In this document: positions 25,659 through 35,682 of the stretch, one piece after another
Layout of the letters: each line of letters begins with the position of its first letter
Numbering within the stretch: the first letter of the stretch is position 1
NCBI GenBank assembly: GCA_963700985.1
Contig: OY969554.1
Span: 1,440,001-1,504,000, forward strand
Length of the DNA: 64,000 bases
Source: an uncultured Chlamydiales bacterium
GTDB lineage: Bacteria; Chlamydiota; Chlamydiia; Chlamydiales; Rhabdochlamydiaceae
Direction of reading: 5' to 3'
Position numbers and translations under genes: made by a program
The notes under the pieces: model-generated
Told to the model about the DNA's origin: nothing
Database searches by the model: none
The model's input: the letters and a program-made list of their open reading frames with translations, nothing else

Positions 25659-27485
25659 ATGTGGAATTACCCAGAAATTTTTGACGTCATTGTCGTAGGA
25701 GCAGGCCATGCAGGTTGTGAAGCTGCACACGCGTCTGCGCGCATAGGTGCAAAAACGCTTCTATTGACAATGAATTTAGACACCATCGCCAAGATGAGCT
25801 GCAACCCAGCAGTGGGCGGCACGGCGAAAGGCCACATCGTGCGTGAGATCGATGCACTCGGCGGGGTGATGGCTAAAGTCACCGACGAAACGGCTATTCA
25901 ATTTCGCATGCTGAATGCCTCCAAGGGGCCAGCAGTCTGGTCGCCACGTGCACAGGCAGATAAGCTCGCCTATCAAACAGCGATGAAACATCGCCTAGAA
26001 AAAACTCCTAATCTCTATATCAAACAAGGCACAACAGAATCGCTCATCGTCGAGCAAGATCGCGTGCTGGGCATAGCCACACTCGAAGGCATTGCCTATC
26101 TGGGCAAGACCGTGATTCTCTCATCTGGCACTTTTATGCGAGGATTGTTGCACATCGGCGAGACGCAGTTCGCCGGCGGAAGAGCAGGAGATAAGCCTTC
26201 AGTTGGCCTCTCAGCAAGCCTAGAATCTCTCGGTTTTTCTCTGGGAAGACTTAAAACCGGTACCCCGCCGCGCATCCATCGCCGCAGTATCGATTTTTCC
26301 AAAGTTGAAGTGCAGCCAGGCGACACAAACGTGCGCTTTTCTTTTGATGAGCGCGAAGGCCCTGGCTTACCACAGGTGCCCTGTTATATCACTTACACAA
26401 CCGATGAGACAAAAAAGATCATCCTAAAAAATCTTTCACGTTCTGCAATGTATTCTGGACGCATCCAGAGCATCGGACCGCGCTACTGCCCCTCTATTGA
26501 AGATAAAGTCGTGCGTTTTGCCGACAAAGAACGACATCAAATTTTTCTCGAGCCAGAAGGGCTTACAACTGAAGAGTTCTACGTCAATGGCATCTCTACC
26601 TCGCTGCCTTTCGACGTGCAACTCGAAATGATTCACTCCGTGCTTGGATTAGAACAGGCCGAGATCATGCGTCCTGCGTATGCCATTGAGTATGACTATG
26701 TAAAAAGTGGACAGCTGACTTCAACGTTAGAAACGAAAAGCATCGACGGCCTTTTCATCGCCGGACAGATCAATGGAACTACTGGTTATGAGGAAGCTGC
26801 CGGACAAGGGCTAATCGCAGGCATTAACGCCGCAAATAAGGTATTAGGACGTCCAGCCTTTATCTTGAAGCGCTCTGATGCATATATCGGCGTAATGATC
26901 GATGAGATCATCACCAAAGAGCTGGAAGAGCCTTATCGCATGTTCACCAGCCGCGCCGAACATCGGCTGCTTTTAAGACAAGATAATGCTGACTTACGTT
27001 TGCGGCCATATGGTTACGCCCTCGGACTGATTGAAGAAGAGCGCTATCAAAAAACTGTGGCAAAACAAAAAAGCATGGATGAGGAGATCGCGCGCCTGCA
27101 TAAATCTTTCCGAACTGTCGAGGGAAGATCTACTTCGCTGGCGCAGCTGCTCTGCCGACCCGATTTTACTCATGAGATGCTTCGCGAACAATTTCCCGAG
27201 CTGGTACAAGATCATGGCAGAGAGATCAATTTACAAATTGAACTCACGCTCAAATATGCGGGCTATATTCAGCGGCAAGAAAAAGAAGTTGCTAAATTAG
27301 AAAATGTTGAGAAAATCTTGATTTCAAAGGATTTTGATTTTTCTGCTGTCAATGGCCTTGGACGTGAAGCTAAAGAGAAGCTGCAGAAAATTCGCCCAGC
27401 CAACCTGGGTCAAGCTGCGCGCCTCTCAGGGATTTCGCCTGCAGATATTACGGTTTTAATGGTCGCTTTGAAAAAAGAAAAATGA
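25659..27485 (+). CDS. mnmG: tRNA U34 5-carboxymethylaminomethyl modification enzyme MnmG/GidA
   Basis: GAGHAGCEAA, MSCNPAVGG, RLKTGTPPR, GPRYCPSIEDK, AGQINGTTGYEEAA, YRMFTSRAE. Confidence 0.99.
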   Translation: MWNYPEIFDVIVVGAGHAGCEAAHASARIGAKTLLLTMNLDTIAKMSCNPAVGGTAKGHIVREIDALGGVMAKVTDETAIQFRMLNASKGPAVWSPRAQADKLAYQTAMKHRLEKTPNLYIKQGTTESLIVEQDRVLGIATLEGIAYLGKTVILSSGTFMRGLLHIGETQFAGGRAGDKPSVGLSASLESLGFSLGRLKTGTPPRIHRRSIDFSKVEVQPGDTNVRFSFDEREGPGLPQVPCYITYTTDETKKIILKNLSRSAMYSGRIQSIGPRYCPSIEDKVVRFADKERHQIFLEPEGLTTEEFYVNGISTSLPFDVQLEMIHSVLGLEQAEIMRPAYAIEYDYVKSGQLTSTLETKSIDGLFIAGQINGTTGYEEAAGQGLIAGINAANKVLGRPAFILKRSDAYIGVMIDEIITKELEEPYRMFTSRAEHRLLLRQDNADLRLRPYGYALGLIEEERYQKTVAKQKSMDEEIARLHKSFRTVEGRSTSLAQLLCRPDFTHEMLREQFPELVQDHGREINLQIELTLKYAGYIQRQEKEVAKLENVEKILISKDFDFSAVNGLGREAKEKLQKIRPANLGQAARLSGISPADITVLMVALKKEK

Positions 27486-27496
27486 GGTGATAATTT

Positions 27497-27889
27497 ATGA
27501 AACTTCTTCTCTGTTTCCTCGCCGCAAATATTGGCCAAAGCACCGATTCGTCTCAAACTAATCCGACCAAACCTGCTACAACTACCCAGCCATCAGCGGT
27601 CGTATTGGATGCGGCTACTTCAAGTAAAAACGCCTCTAAAGGCATAATGGCCATCGATCCAAAACTGCGCTCGGCTGACTTAATGCAAGCCTTCGAAGTC
27701 TTGCGCCGAGAAAAGACTACAGCTAAGGTCATTTTTCAACTCGCAAACGGCAAGCTGCTAAGCAATATCATCGAAATGAGTCTCATGACCAATGGCTCGA
27801 TCATTCTCTTTCGCTACAACACGCCCCAGGGCATTCAGCTCCAAGTTGTGCCTACCGAAGAGATCGTCTCGCTCTACCATTTGCCTTAA
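27497..27889 (+). CDS. Hypothetical protein
   Basis: 130-aa ORF with GAGG RBS, filling the gap between mnmG and lplA; low-complexity N-terminus. Confidence 0.7.
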   Translation: MKLLLCFLAANIGQSTDSSQTNPTKPATTTQPSAVVLDAATSSKNASKGIMAIDPKLRSADLMQAFEVLRREKTTAKVIFQLANGKLLSNIIEMSLMTNGSIILFRYNTPQGIQLQVVPTEEIVSLYHLP

Positions 27890-28612
27890 ATGACTTTCCA
27901 TCTTTTACATTTTCAGAATTTACCGATCTTGGAGCAGCTGCGCCTTGAAGAGGCTCTTTTGCGTTGCGATGAGCGCAATTTTTGCATCATCAATGAAGGT
28001 TCGACGCCAGCTATTGTATTGGGCATCTCTGGGAAATTAGAAGAGCTCGTGGATCAAGAAAAAGCACGTCAAAGCGGCATTCCACTTATAAGACGCTTTA
28101 GTGGCGGCGGCACTGTGGTGGTGGATAAGTCGACACTCTTTGTTACCTTCATCTGTCAAAAAGCCACGTTTAATTTTCCCTGCTTTCCTGAGCCCATCCT
28201 TAAATGGACCGAAGCATTCTACAAGGACGTTTTTGCACATGAGTTCTTTCATTTACGTGAAAATGACTATGCGTTCGGTGAGAAAAAGTGCGGCGGCAAT
28301 GCTCAATATCTTAAAAAAGAGCGCTGGCTACACCACACCTCTTTTCTCTGGGATTATTGCCCAGCGCTGATGCAACACCTGCTGCATCCGAAAAAGACGC
28401 CGCGTTATCGCGAAGAGCGCACTCACGATGAATTTCTCTGCCGGCTCAAAGAGTTCCTGCCGAGCAAGGAGCTCTTCCTCTCAAGATTGAAAACAGAGCT
28501 GCATAAGAAATATGCAGTTATTGAACTCGATCCCACTCAAATCGATCACCTCCTACTCACTCCACTTCGCCAAGCCACCCAACTCATTGAGCTGTCCGCA
28601 TTTTTGACATAA
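27890..28612 (+). CDS. lplA: Lipoate-protein ligase A family protein
   Basis: RRFSGGGTV, END..KKCGGNAQ, HHTSFLWDY; follows mnmG as in chlamydial genomes. Confidence 0.88.
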   Translation: MTFHLLHFQNLPILEQLRLEEALLRCDERNFCIINEGSTPAIVLGISGKLEELVDQEKARQSGIPLIRRFSGGGTVVVDKSTLFVTFICQKATFNFPCFPEPILKWTEAFYKDVFAHEFFHLRENDYAFGEKKCGGNAQYLKKERWLHHTSFLWDYCPALMQHLLHPKKTPRYREERTHDEFLCRLKEFLPSKELFLSRLKTELHKKYAVIELDPTQIDHLLLTPLRQATQLIELSAFLT

Positions 28613-28645
28613 TCAGTTTTAAAAAAACACTAAAAATATCCTCAT

Positions 28646-28675
28646 TTGACGAATGATATCGAAAATGATATCATT
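28646..28675 (+). promoter_or_regulatory. hicAB promoter overlapped by a palindromic operator
   Basis: TTGACG-17 nt-TATCAT; inverted repeat AATGATATC-6-GATATCATT spans the spacer and -10; ATG 7 nt downstream. Confidence 0.7.
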
Positions 28676-28681
28676 TGTTTT

Positions 28682-28912
28682 ATGAGTAAACTGCAAAAGC
28701 TAATAGAAAAAGTGCTGCAGGGAAGAAATGTCTCCTATGAAGAGGCAGAGAATCTTCTGCGTAAGCTGGGCTTTGAATTAGAAATTAGAGGCTCGCATCA
28801 TATTTTTCGAAAGAAGGGATATCATCGAAACGTTTCCATAAAACGCCGAACAGAACTACTGCCCTATCAAATTCGAGAGTTAAAAGAGGTTCTAACAGAT
28901 TATGGCTACTAA
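28682..28912 (+). CDS. hicA: HicA family toxin
   Basis: MSKLQKLIEK..LRKLGF..RGSHHIF..YQIRELKEVL; ATG at 28682. Confidence 0.88.
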   Translation: MSKLQKLIEKVLQGRNVSYEEAENLLRKLGFELEIRGSHHIFRKKGYHRNVSIKRRTELLPYQIRELKEVLTDYGY

Positions 28913-29303
28913 GAAGAAAACTAAAAAAAATCTAAAGTATTATTTAGATCTCAACTGGTCGTATACCATAGAGCAAGAGACTCACAAAGGTAAGCATTAC
29001 TACATTATCAGAGTTAATGAGCTGCCAGGGGTTTGCACAGATGCTGAAACAATAGAGGAAGGGATAAAAGGAATTAAAGAAGCGCTAGAAGGCGCCATTA
29101 GGCTTTATCTAAAAAATGGAGAGACCATTCCTGAACCCATCAAAAAACAGGATTTCAAAGGCAGCATCGCATACAGGACCACTAGCGAGCGCCACTACTA
29201 TGTTGCAAAGCTTGCCAAGTCTTTACATAAATCTATCAGCAAAACACTTGATGACTTGATTGATGTGGGAATAGAGAAAAAGCTTCACATTATCTCGCCT
29301 TAG
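28902..29303 (+). CDS. hicB: HicB family antitoxin
   Basis: ELPGVCTDAETIEEG..IPEP..FKGSIAYRT..H plus RHH-like tail; overlaps hicA. Confidence 0.88.
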   Translation: MATKKKTKKNLKYYLDLNWSYTIEQETHKGKHYYIIRVNELPGVCTDAETIEEGIKGIKEALEGAIRLYLKNGETIPEPIKKQDFKGSIAYRTTSERHYYVAKLAKSLHKSISKTLDDLIDVGIEKKLHIISP

Positions 29304-29312
29304 TTAAGGCGC

Positions 29313-31037
29313 TTAAGCTGGCGCGGGTGCAGGTGGATCGAAGTGCATCATTGGGGCATAGCCCAAGCAGCTTCTAAAAGCGCTTACGATGGGCTCAAGG
29401 CCCCAATGGATGCCTAAATTCAACAAGAAGATAGGTAGATTAAGGAGAAGTGCAAGCGCGAGAGTTGCAATACCCACAGCAACTACTAGGCCAATTCCTA
29501 GAATGGCTAATGGCATCCAGCAATTCTCTGCTAAAAATTCGGCCATGTGAGCTAAAGCATAACCAATTCCCAAAAGGGGAAAACCTACGTGAATGTATGG
29601 GATAGAAAAGTAGTCTCTAAACCACATGCAAAAGGGAATATCAGTCATCACTTCAGGGTGAAGACCTAAATAGTGAAGCGTTGATGGAACGCCTCCCTCC
29701 ACCTCTCCAAAGGCTCTTTGCATTACGCCTCCCCCCATACCCCAAAGTGCATCGAAAAGATGCATCCAAAAGCTATTTGCATATTGACGCGCGATTGTCT
29801 CTGGGAAGATGGTAATTGGGCTCTTATTACTTGCGATCGCAAGTATAAAGCCCGTAGGGAACCTTTCTAGCTGCGCAGGAATCCGTGCGAAGTTATTTGA
29901 GAATAGGAACACCGTCGAAAGCTCTGTTAGGTTCGCAAGCGCATCTGGCAGATCGGTAAGCCGGCCCTGCTCACTACCTATGCACTCTAAAGTGTTTAGT
30001 TTTCTCAATCTGCCGATCTCTGATGGAAGCTGTCTAAATCCACGAAGACTCAACGAGTCAATACGATCGAAAGCGGCGTTAGCCGCATTATTCATCCAAA
30101 TTCGCCTTTCCGATGCTGTACGTGTAGGATCAACGTCGAGATTCAAGCGATTCAAGATCTGCTGCCAAAGCCGATTTAAATGCAGATCGGCTTCGAACTG
30201 CTCATGCAAAGTAATCTCTTCAGCAGTGCGAAAGCGCGCAAGCGAAAAATCATTCTCCCTAGCAAGCGTATATGCATCAAATTTTGCACGCATCGATTCA
30301 CTTAATTCTTGACGCTGACTCTTCACAAGAGCTTTCAGGCATTCAGGCATTTGAGTGGAATTTTCAATGTTAAATCCCGGCTTTCCTTCTAGCTCTGGCT
30401 GTATTATAGCTTGAAAGCGACGTGTTAGACTTTCATCAATGACAAATCTTTTTAAGAGGGCGATGGCCTTTTCATAGCTCTGCGTTAGCTGCTCCGCTTG
30501 CTCAGTTGGGTCCACAACCGCAGGAGGATCAGGAGGGATGAACTGGGCATGCCACTCATCCAAATGTGCGTTGAATTTATGAAAAAAAACCATCTGCCGA
30601 TCGATGGCTCCATTACCTAGGGTATTTTGCGCAAATGCATGAGCTTTCGTCGACCACATCTGCAAGACGGAGAGCCGTTCTTGAAATTCTTGTAGTGCAA
30701 GTTCAATCGGAGGCATTTTTTCAGTTGCTGTCGCGCGTAGATCTTCTAAGGTCTGACGAGGTAACCGTGGTGGCACAGCAGGAACTTCTTCTGCCACTGT
30801 GGCAACGTCAACAGGAGGAAAGAGAAATCTTTTTTCAGCGCTAATCTTATCAGTAAAGGGTCGATCGCGTTGTAAAATCTCAAAGGCAACGCGTTGCATC
30901 CGTCTGTAGATCAAATCCCTGCATTCTTTACTAACTTCAGAAAAGCTATTCGAAGCGGGCAGAAAATCCATCATGAGCTGCGCTGGCACATGAAAATTAT
31001 CGATAAAATTATTTAAAGGCGCTGCTGCTTTTGCCAT
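29313..31037 (-). CDS. Effector-like protein: possible F-box-like N-terminus, leucine-rich repeats, C-terminal hydrophobic hairpin
   Basis: VPAQLMMDFLP..SFSEVSKECRDL; LRR LPSEIGRLRKLNTL, LTDLPDALANLTELSTVFLFSNNFARIP; TM region PLAILGIGLVVAVGIATLALALLLNLPIFLL. Confidence 0.7.
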   Translation of the reverse strand: MAKAAAPLNNFIDNFHVPAQLMMDFLPASNSFSEVSKECRDLIYRRMQRVAFEILQRDRPFTDKISAEKRFLFPPVDVATVAEEVPAVPPRLPRQTLEDLRATATEKMPPIELALQEFQERLSVLQMWSTKAHAFAQNTLGNGAIDRQMVFFHKFNAHLDEWHAQFIPPDPPAVVDPTEQAEQLTQSYEKAIALLKRFVIDESLTRRFQAIIQPELEGKPGFNIENSTQMPECLKALVKSQRQELSESMRAKFDAYTLARENDFSLARFRTAEEITLHEQFEADLHLNRLWQQILNRLNLDVDPTRTASERRIWMNNAANAAFDRIDSLSLRGFRQLPSEIGRLRKLNTLECIGSEQGRLTDLPDALANLTELSTVFLFSNNFARIPAQLERFPTGFILAIASNKSPITIFPETIARQYANSFWMHLFDALWGMGGGVMQRAFGEVEGGVPSTLHYLGLHPEVMTDIPFCMWFRDYFSIPYIHVGFPLLGIGYALAHMAEFLAENCWMPLAILGIGLVVAVGIATLALALLLNLPIFLLNLGIHWGLEPIVSAFRSCLGYAPMMHFDPPAPAPA

Positions 31038-31124
31038 TGGAATCAAACCGTATTTAAATATGGGGGAATTATAGACTAATTACCTGTTATCAAAGATACA
31101 TTTAAAAATAAAATTATTATAATT

Positions 31125-31904
31125 TTAAGACTTATTGCGATCTGGAAGACTGATTAGATCTCGAACGACCTGCTTGCTGACCTCGCGACCCATGACCGCA
31201 ATCGATTCTGTGAGAGGAATTTTTTTAGGGCAGACGCGGGCGCAGTTCTGGGCGTTGCCGCACTCGCTTACTCCGCCCTCTTTCATTAAAGAACGGGTGC
31301 GCTCCTCAGCCATCAGTTTGCCCACTGGATGGGTATTAAACAGCCTAGCTTGTGAGATGGGCGCGGGACCAATAAATTTAGAATGCGGATTAACTTGCGG
31401 GCATGCCTCGCTGCAACAACCGCAAGTCATGCAGGTAGAGAGCAGATAGCTCTGCTCTTGAACTTTTGGGCTGATCTTTGGCCCGAAGCCGCGATCAAAT
31501 GAATCATCGACATCCACCCACGCACGTACGCGTTTGAGCTGTTCGAACATGATATCTCGGCTGACCACGAGATCCTTAATCAAGGGAAATTTTGTAAAAG
31601 GCGCAAGCGTCACAATTGAACTGCCAGTTGATTCAATGATCTGATCGACAAGTGCAGAACAGGCCTGTCTTGGACGTCCATTGATGAGCATAGAACATGA
31701 GCCACATACTTCTTCTAGACAACCTTGCTCCCAAGCCACAGGCGTAACCTTCTCATTTTTGCGATTTACGGGCTCTTTTTGAACTTCCAAGAGCGCCGAG
31801 GTAACATTTAGAAGCGGACGCAGCTCTAGTTCGAACTCTTCCCAGTATTGTTGTCCGGGAGTGCCGCGAAAGATTTTAAGTATGAAGCTCTTCTTCTTAT
31901 CCAT
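31125..31904 (-). CDS. sdhB: Succinate dehydrogenase iron-sulfur subunit
   Basis: CLEEVCGSC, CMTCGCCSEACP, CGNAQNCARVCPK clusters. Confidence 0.97.
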   Translation of the reverse strand: MDKKKSFILKIFRGTPGQQYWEEFELELRPLLNVTSALLEVQKEPVNRKNEKVTPVAWEQGCLEEVCGSCSMLINGRPRQACSALVDQIIESTGSSIVTLAPFTKFPLIKDLVVSRDIMFEQLKRVRAWVDVDDSFDRGFGPKISPKVQEQSYLLSTCMTCGCCSEACPQVNPHSKFIGPAPISQARLFNTHPVGKLMAEERTRSLMKEGGVSECGNAQNCARVCPKKIPLTESIAVMGREVSKQVVRDLISLPDRNKS

Positions 31905-33802
31905 TAGACCGGAAGTACAATGTTGTTAGGGATATTCTCCAAGGTGGGCTTAACCCGTTTTGCCTTGGAATATTCTCTTTTTATCGGCTTTAAATATCTT
32001 AAGTCAATAGGCTTAAACGTGATGATAGGCTCATCTTGATTCGGATCATAAGTTGCAATTGTAGTTTTAAGCCAATGGTCATCATCGCGCTGCGGAAATT
32101 CGGGCTTAAAATGCGCGCCGCGAAATTCATTCCGCAAAAGAGCGCCCTTAGTCATCACCAGCGCAAGCTCGAGCATGTAACCAAACTGATTTGCAAATGT
32201 ATAGGTCTGATTGAGATGCTGTCCGCGATCATCTAACGTAATTCTACCATAACGCTCGCGTAGTTCTTTGAGCTTGTCTATGGTTTTTTTAAGATCTTCA
32301 TTATTGCGTTTGACGGTCATATTCAAAATCATGATATCGGAAAGCTCATCGTGAAGCTTATGCACATTCTCTCCTCCGCTACGCGTGAGTAGATCGTGCT
32401 TTAACACCTCTTCACAAGCCAGCGCTTCGGAGTACATTTTCGTAGAAAGAGTTCCGTAACTCTGCTTCAAGTTATCTAAGTAGCGGGGAACTTCTGTGCC
32501 AGCCACCAGGCCCGCGAAGATGCAGGCGGTAAGCGAGTTGGCGCCTAAACGGTTCGCACCATGGTATTGAAACTCCGATTCACCAACCTGAAAACAACCC
32601 GGGATATTAGTCATTTGACGATAGCGCTCTAAACGATCAGGGTCATCTGCAGCCGGCCAATCTACCCACGCGCCTCCCATCGAATAATGCACCGCAGGGA
32701 AAATTTTCATGGGCACTTTGTGTGGATCTTCGCCCGTATACTTCTGATAGATCTCTAACACAGATTCGATCTTGTACTGCTGGGTGGCTGAAAGATGGGA
32801 AACATCGAGATAAACCTGAAATTTACCATCGATGCCCAGACCGAGCTCACAGACGCGTATGACCTCGCGTGAACCGATATCTCGCGGCACAAGGTTGCCA
32901 AAAGCCGGATATAACTCTTCGAGGAAATACCAAGGTTCGCCTGTTTTACCGCAGGGAATGCTCTTGCCTTCGGAGTCTGTGATTGTTTTTGATGAATCGC
33001 CATAAACCCACATGCGGCCACCTTCGCCACGCGCAGATTCGGAGATCAGGCGCATCTTATCTTCGCCAGGAATTGCCGTTGGGTGGATCTGAATAAACTC
33101 GCCATTGGCGTATTTCATGCCCTGTTTGAACAAACGCCCATTAGCCGCACCCGTGCAGAAGGTGGAATTTGTCGACTTCTTAAAAATAAGTCCGGGGCCG
33201 CCTGTACCAAAAATCACAGCGTCGGCCTTCATCACATCTAGTTTCATGGTGAAAAGATCCATCAGCACAATGCCGCGCGCAATTCCATTTTCATCTATGA
33301 CCAAGCGCATGAATTCGTGATTCTCAAACTTTTCTACCATCCCCTTGGTCTCATAGCGCCTCACCTGCTCATCGAGCGCATAGAGTAGCTGCTGCCCGGT
33401 AGATGCGCCGCAAAAGGCAGTGCGATGATAAAGCGTGCCGCCAAAACGACGAAAGTCGAGATTGCCTTCATCGGTGCGATTGAAAGGACAGCCGAAACGC
33501 TCCATCATGCGGATAATGCCTGGCGCCGCTAGACACATTTCTAATACGGGGGGTTGATCTGCTAAAAAATCGCCGCCTTTAATTGTGTCATAAGCATGCA
33601 CGTAGGGCGAGTCATCTTCATTTTTGAGATTCATGGCGGCGTTAATGCCACCTTGAGCGCAAACAGAATGCGAACGCTTGACTTTTGTGACCGAGACAAT
33701 CTTGACATGGCAGCCGTTTTCAGCCAGCTTCATAGCAGCTGAGAGGCCAGCTAAGCCTCCACCAACCATGATCACTTCTTTTCCCATCTTTTTTGCAGCC
33801 AT
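31904..33802 (-). CDS. sdhA: Succinate dehydrogenase flavoprotein subunit
   Basis: GGGLAGL, RSHSVCAQGGIN, QIHPT, HYSMGG, HGANRLGANSL. Confidence 0.98.
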   Translation of the reverse strand: MAAKKMGKEVIMVGGGLAGLSAAMKLAENGCHVKIVSVTKVKRSHSVCAQGGINAAMNLKNEDDSPYVHAYDTIKGGDFLADQPPVLEMCLAAPGIIRMMERFGCPFNRTDEGNLDFRRFGGTLYHRTAFCGASTGQQLLYALDEQVRRYETKGMVEKFENHEFMRLVIDENGIARGIVLMDLFTMKLDVMKADAVIFGTGGPGLIFKKSTNSTFCTGAANGRLFKQGMKYANGEFIQIHPTAIPGEDKMRLISESARGEGGRMWVYGDSSKTITDSEGKSIPCGKTGEPWYFLEELYPAFGNLVPRDIGSREVIRVCELGLGIDGKFQVYLDVSHLSATQQYKIESVLEIYQKYTGEDPHKVPMKIFPAVHYSMGGAWVDWPAADDPDRLERYRQMTNIPGCFQVGESEFQYHGANRLGANSLTACIFAGLVAGTEVPRYLDNLKQSYGTLSTKMYSEALACEEVLKHDLLTRSGGENVHKLHDELSDIMILNMTVKRNNEDLKKTIDKLKELRERYGRITLDDRGQHLNQTYTFANQFGYMLELALVMTKGALLRNEFRGAHFKPEFPQRDDDHWLKTTIATYDPNQDEPIITFKPIDLRYLKPIKREYSKAKRVKPTLENIPNNIVLPV

Positions 33803-33824
33803 AGTTATTAATTATAAATTATTT

Positions 33825-34853
33825 TCAGTAGCGTAAATTTAACCAGTAGGTGCCCCAAATAGAGGCTAATCCCAAAAAAGTGACGATTAGCATGAGCCCT
33901 ATCGCAAAAGTCGCTGTGGATTTTTGCGCCGACATGCGCAGCACAACTCCCCAAGTAATTAAAAATGTCCAAAGACCATTAAATCCATGGAAGCAGGCGG
34001 CAAGCACAAAGATCGTATAGAGAAAAACATAGAGCGGATTTTTAAAAGTATCACGCACAGTGAGCAGCGAAGCTGTGCCAAAATTATCTGCGACAGCGAT
34101 CACTTCATTTTTAGAGATAGAATAACTCTCGAGTAAGTGCACCCAGGCAACTTTATCCTGATACTTTTGGGCGGAAGTAAAAATCACCGCCTTTTGCGAA
34201 TCATAGCTCGACTCTTTAGGCCCTTCCCAAGAAAGTTCAGATTTCTGCTTCAACGCATCGGCTGCTTCCACTAGCACCTGTTCATCTTGGCGCTCAGCTA
34301 AAAGCTTGCGCTCTTTTTCAATCGCTTGCTGATCATACAATTTCACTTTTAATCGATCTGCTACTGTGTAGATTCCGTCGTCAACTTTAAGTGGCACAAA
34401 ATAGTAAGTGTCTGAACCTACATTTAGCGCATCTGGATAGTCGATAAACCGAAATTTTACCACGTGAGCAATCAGACCAAAGAGCAGAATCCACGAGGTA
34501 ATACGTTGCCAGCTATAAGCGCGGTTACGCCCATATTCAGGAAGCGAAGGCGCAGATCCATCTGTCTTGTGTGCATTGAATTTTGCGCTGAAGAGGTATT
34601 TCACGCCCCAGATCATGTGAATGGCAATCGGCACACCCAAAAGGGTAAATTCGATCACGGAAAGATAGGGAAAGTTATGGATCGAGTTGACCATGTCAAC
34701 AAACCCTCGTCCATTATTGCCAAGCAAAAGTGCTGCTTGCGAATTGACCAACAGATGTTCAATCAAAAAGAGCACCAGCCAAAGACCCATCAGAGAGTGC
34801 AGCCGTCTCCAAATGAACGCGCTCGGAATCTTTGTGCCAGTCTGTACAGTCAT
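33825..34853 (-). CDS. sdhC: Succinate dehydrogenase cytochrome b558 subunit
   Basis: RRLHSLMG..EHL, WQRITS..AHV, FHGFNGLWTFLITWG; large extramembrane insertion. Confidence 0.95.
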   Translation of the reverse strand: MTVQTGTKIPSAFIWRRLHSLMGLWLVLFLIEHLLVNSQAALLLGNNGRGFVDMVNSIHNFPYLSVIEFTLLGVPIAIHMIWGVKYLFSAKFNAHKTDGSAPSLPEYGRNRAYSWQRITSWILLFGLIAHVVKFRFIDYPDALNVGSDTYYFVPLKVDDGIYTVADRLKVKLYDQQAIEKERKLLAERQDEQVLVEAADALKQKSELSWEGPKESSYDSQKAVIFTSAQKYQDKVAWVHLLESYSISKNEVIAVADNFGTASLLTVRDTFKNPLYVFLYTIFVLAACFHGFNGLWTFLITWGVVLRMSAQKSTATFAIGLMLIVTFLGLASIWGTYWLNLRY

Positions 34854-34901
34854 AACAATCCTCTAAAATCAAGATTTGTATTAAACAGTGCGGACGGCTT
34901 T

Positions 34902-35663
34902 TCAAAAAGAAAAAAATTTAAGTGCGTTTGCAGAAGTGATGCGGCTAACCTCTTCAATCGATCTATTCTTGAGGTGGGCGAGAACTTCAACTGTTTCGCG
35001 GATGAAGGCGGGCTCATTAACTTGACTGCGTTTGGATTGCGGCGCTAGATATGGCGCATCTGTTTCAACCACAATATTTTCTAGGGGCACATATTTTGCC
35101 ACTTCACGCAATGCCTCTGATTTTTTAAAGGTAATGATGCCACTGAATGAGATCATCCAACCTCTTTCTAATCCTTGCTTTGCCTCATCTACTGTCCCCG
35201 TAAAACAGTGCAAAAGGGCGGGCTTTCCAGCATACACCTCATTTGTCAAAGAGAAGAGATCGGGGAAAGCGTCGCGGCAATGAAAAATGGCTGGCAGGCC
35301 GCACGCACTGGCGAGTTGGAGATACCGCTTTGTGAATTCTTGCTGCACGGCCTTTGGCGAGTGTTCATAAAAGTAGTCCAACCCTGTTTCACCAATGGCG
35401 ATGAGCTTCTTCTTTTTGGCCTGTGCGGCTACGAGAGGAAAAAATGCCTCACCATCTTTGACGACATCATGCGGGGTGGTAGCTGCTGCATTGAAAATCC
35501 AATCATATCTTTCTGCTAGTTCAAGCCCCTTTTCAAGACTTACCTGGTCGGTGCAGATATTGACAATTCTGGTTACGCCTGCAGCTTTGGCGCGCGCGAT
35601 AATTTCATCTGCATTTGCCGCGAGCTCTGGTGAAGTAAGATGTGCATGTGTATCTACGATCAT
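34902..35663 (-). CDS. tatD: TatD family hydrolase
   Basis: DTHAHL, IGETGLDY, HCRDA, HCFTG, ETDAPYLAP, NEP. Confidence 0.96.
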   Translation of the reverse strand: MIVDTHAHLTSPELAANADEIIARAKAAGVTRIVNICTDQVSLEKGLELAERYDWIFNAAATTPHDVVKDGEAFFPLVAAQAKKKKLIAIGETGLDYFYEHSPKAVQQEFTKRYLQLASACGLPAIFHCRDAFPDLFSLTNEVYAGKPALLHCFTGTVDEAKQGLERGWMISFSGIITFKKSEALREVAKYVPLENIVVETDAPYLAPQSKRSQVNEPAFIRETVEVLAHLKNRSIEEVSRITSANALKFFSF

Positions 35664-35682
35664 TCTTTAGAAATCTTCCCAG

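Noticed and set aside
34464-35048. 194-aa plus-strand ORF
   Set aside because: Antisense shadow across sdhC and tatD.
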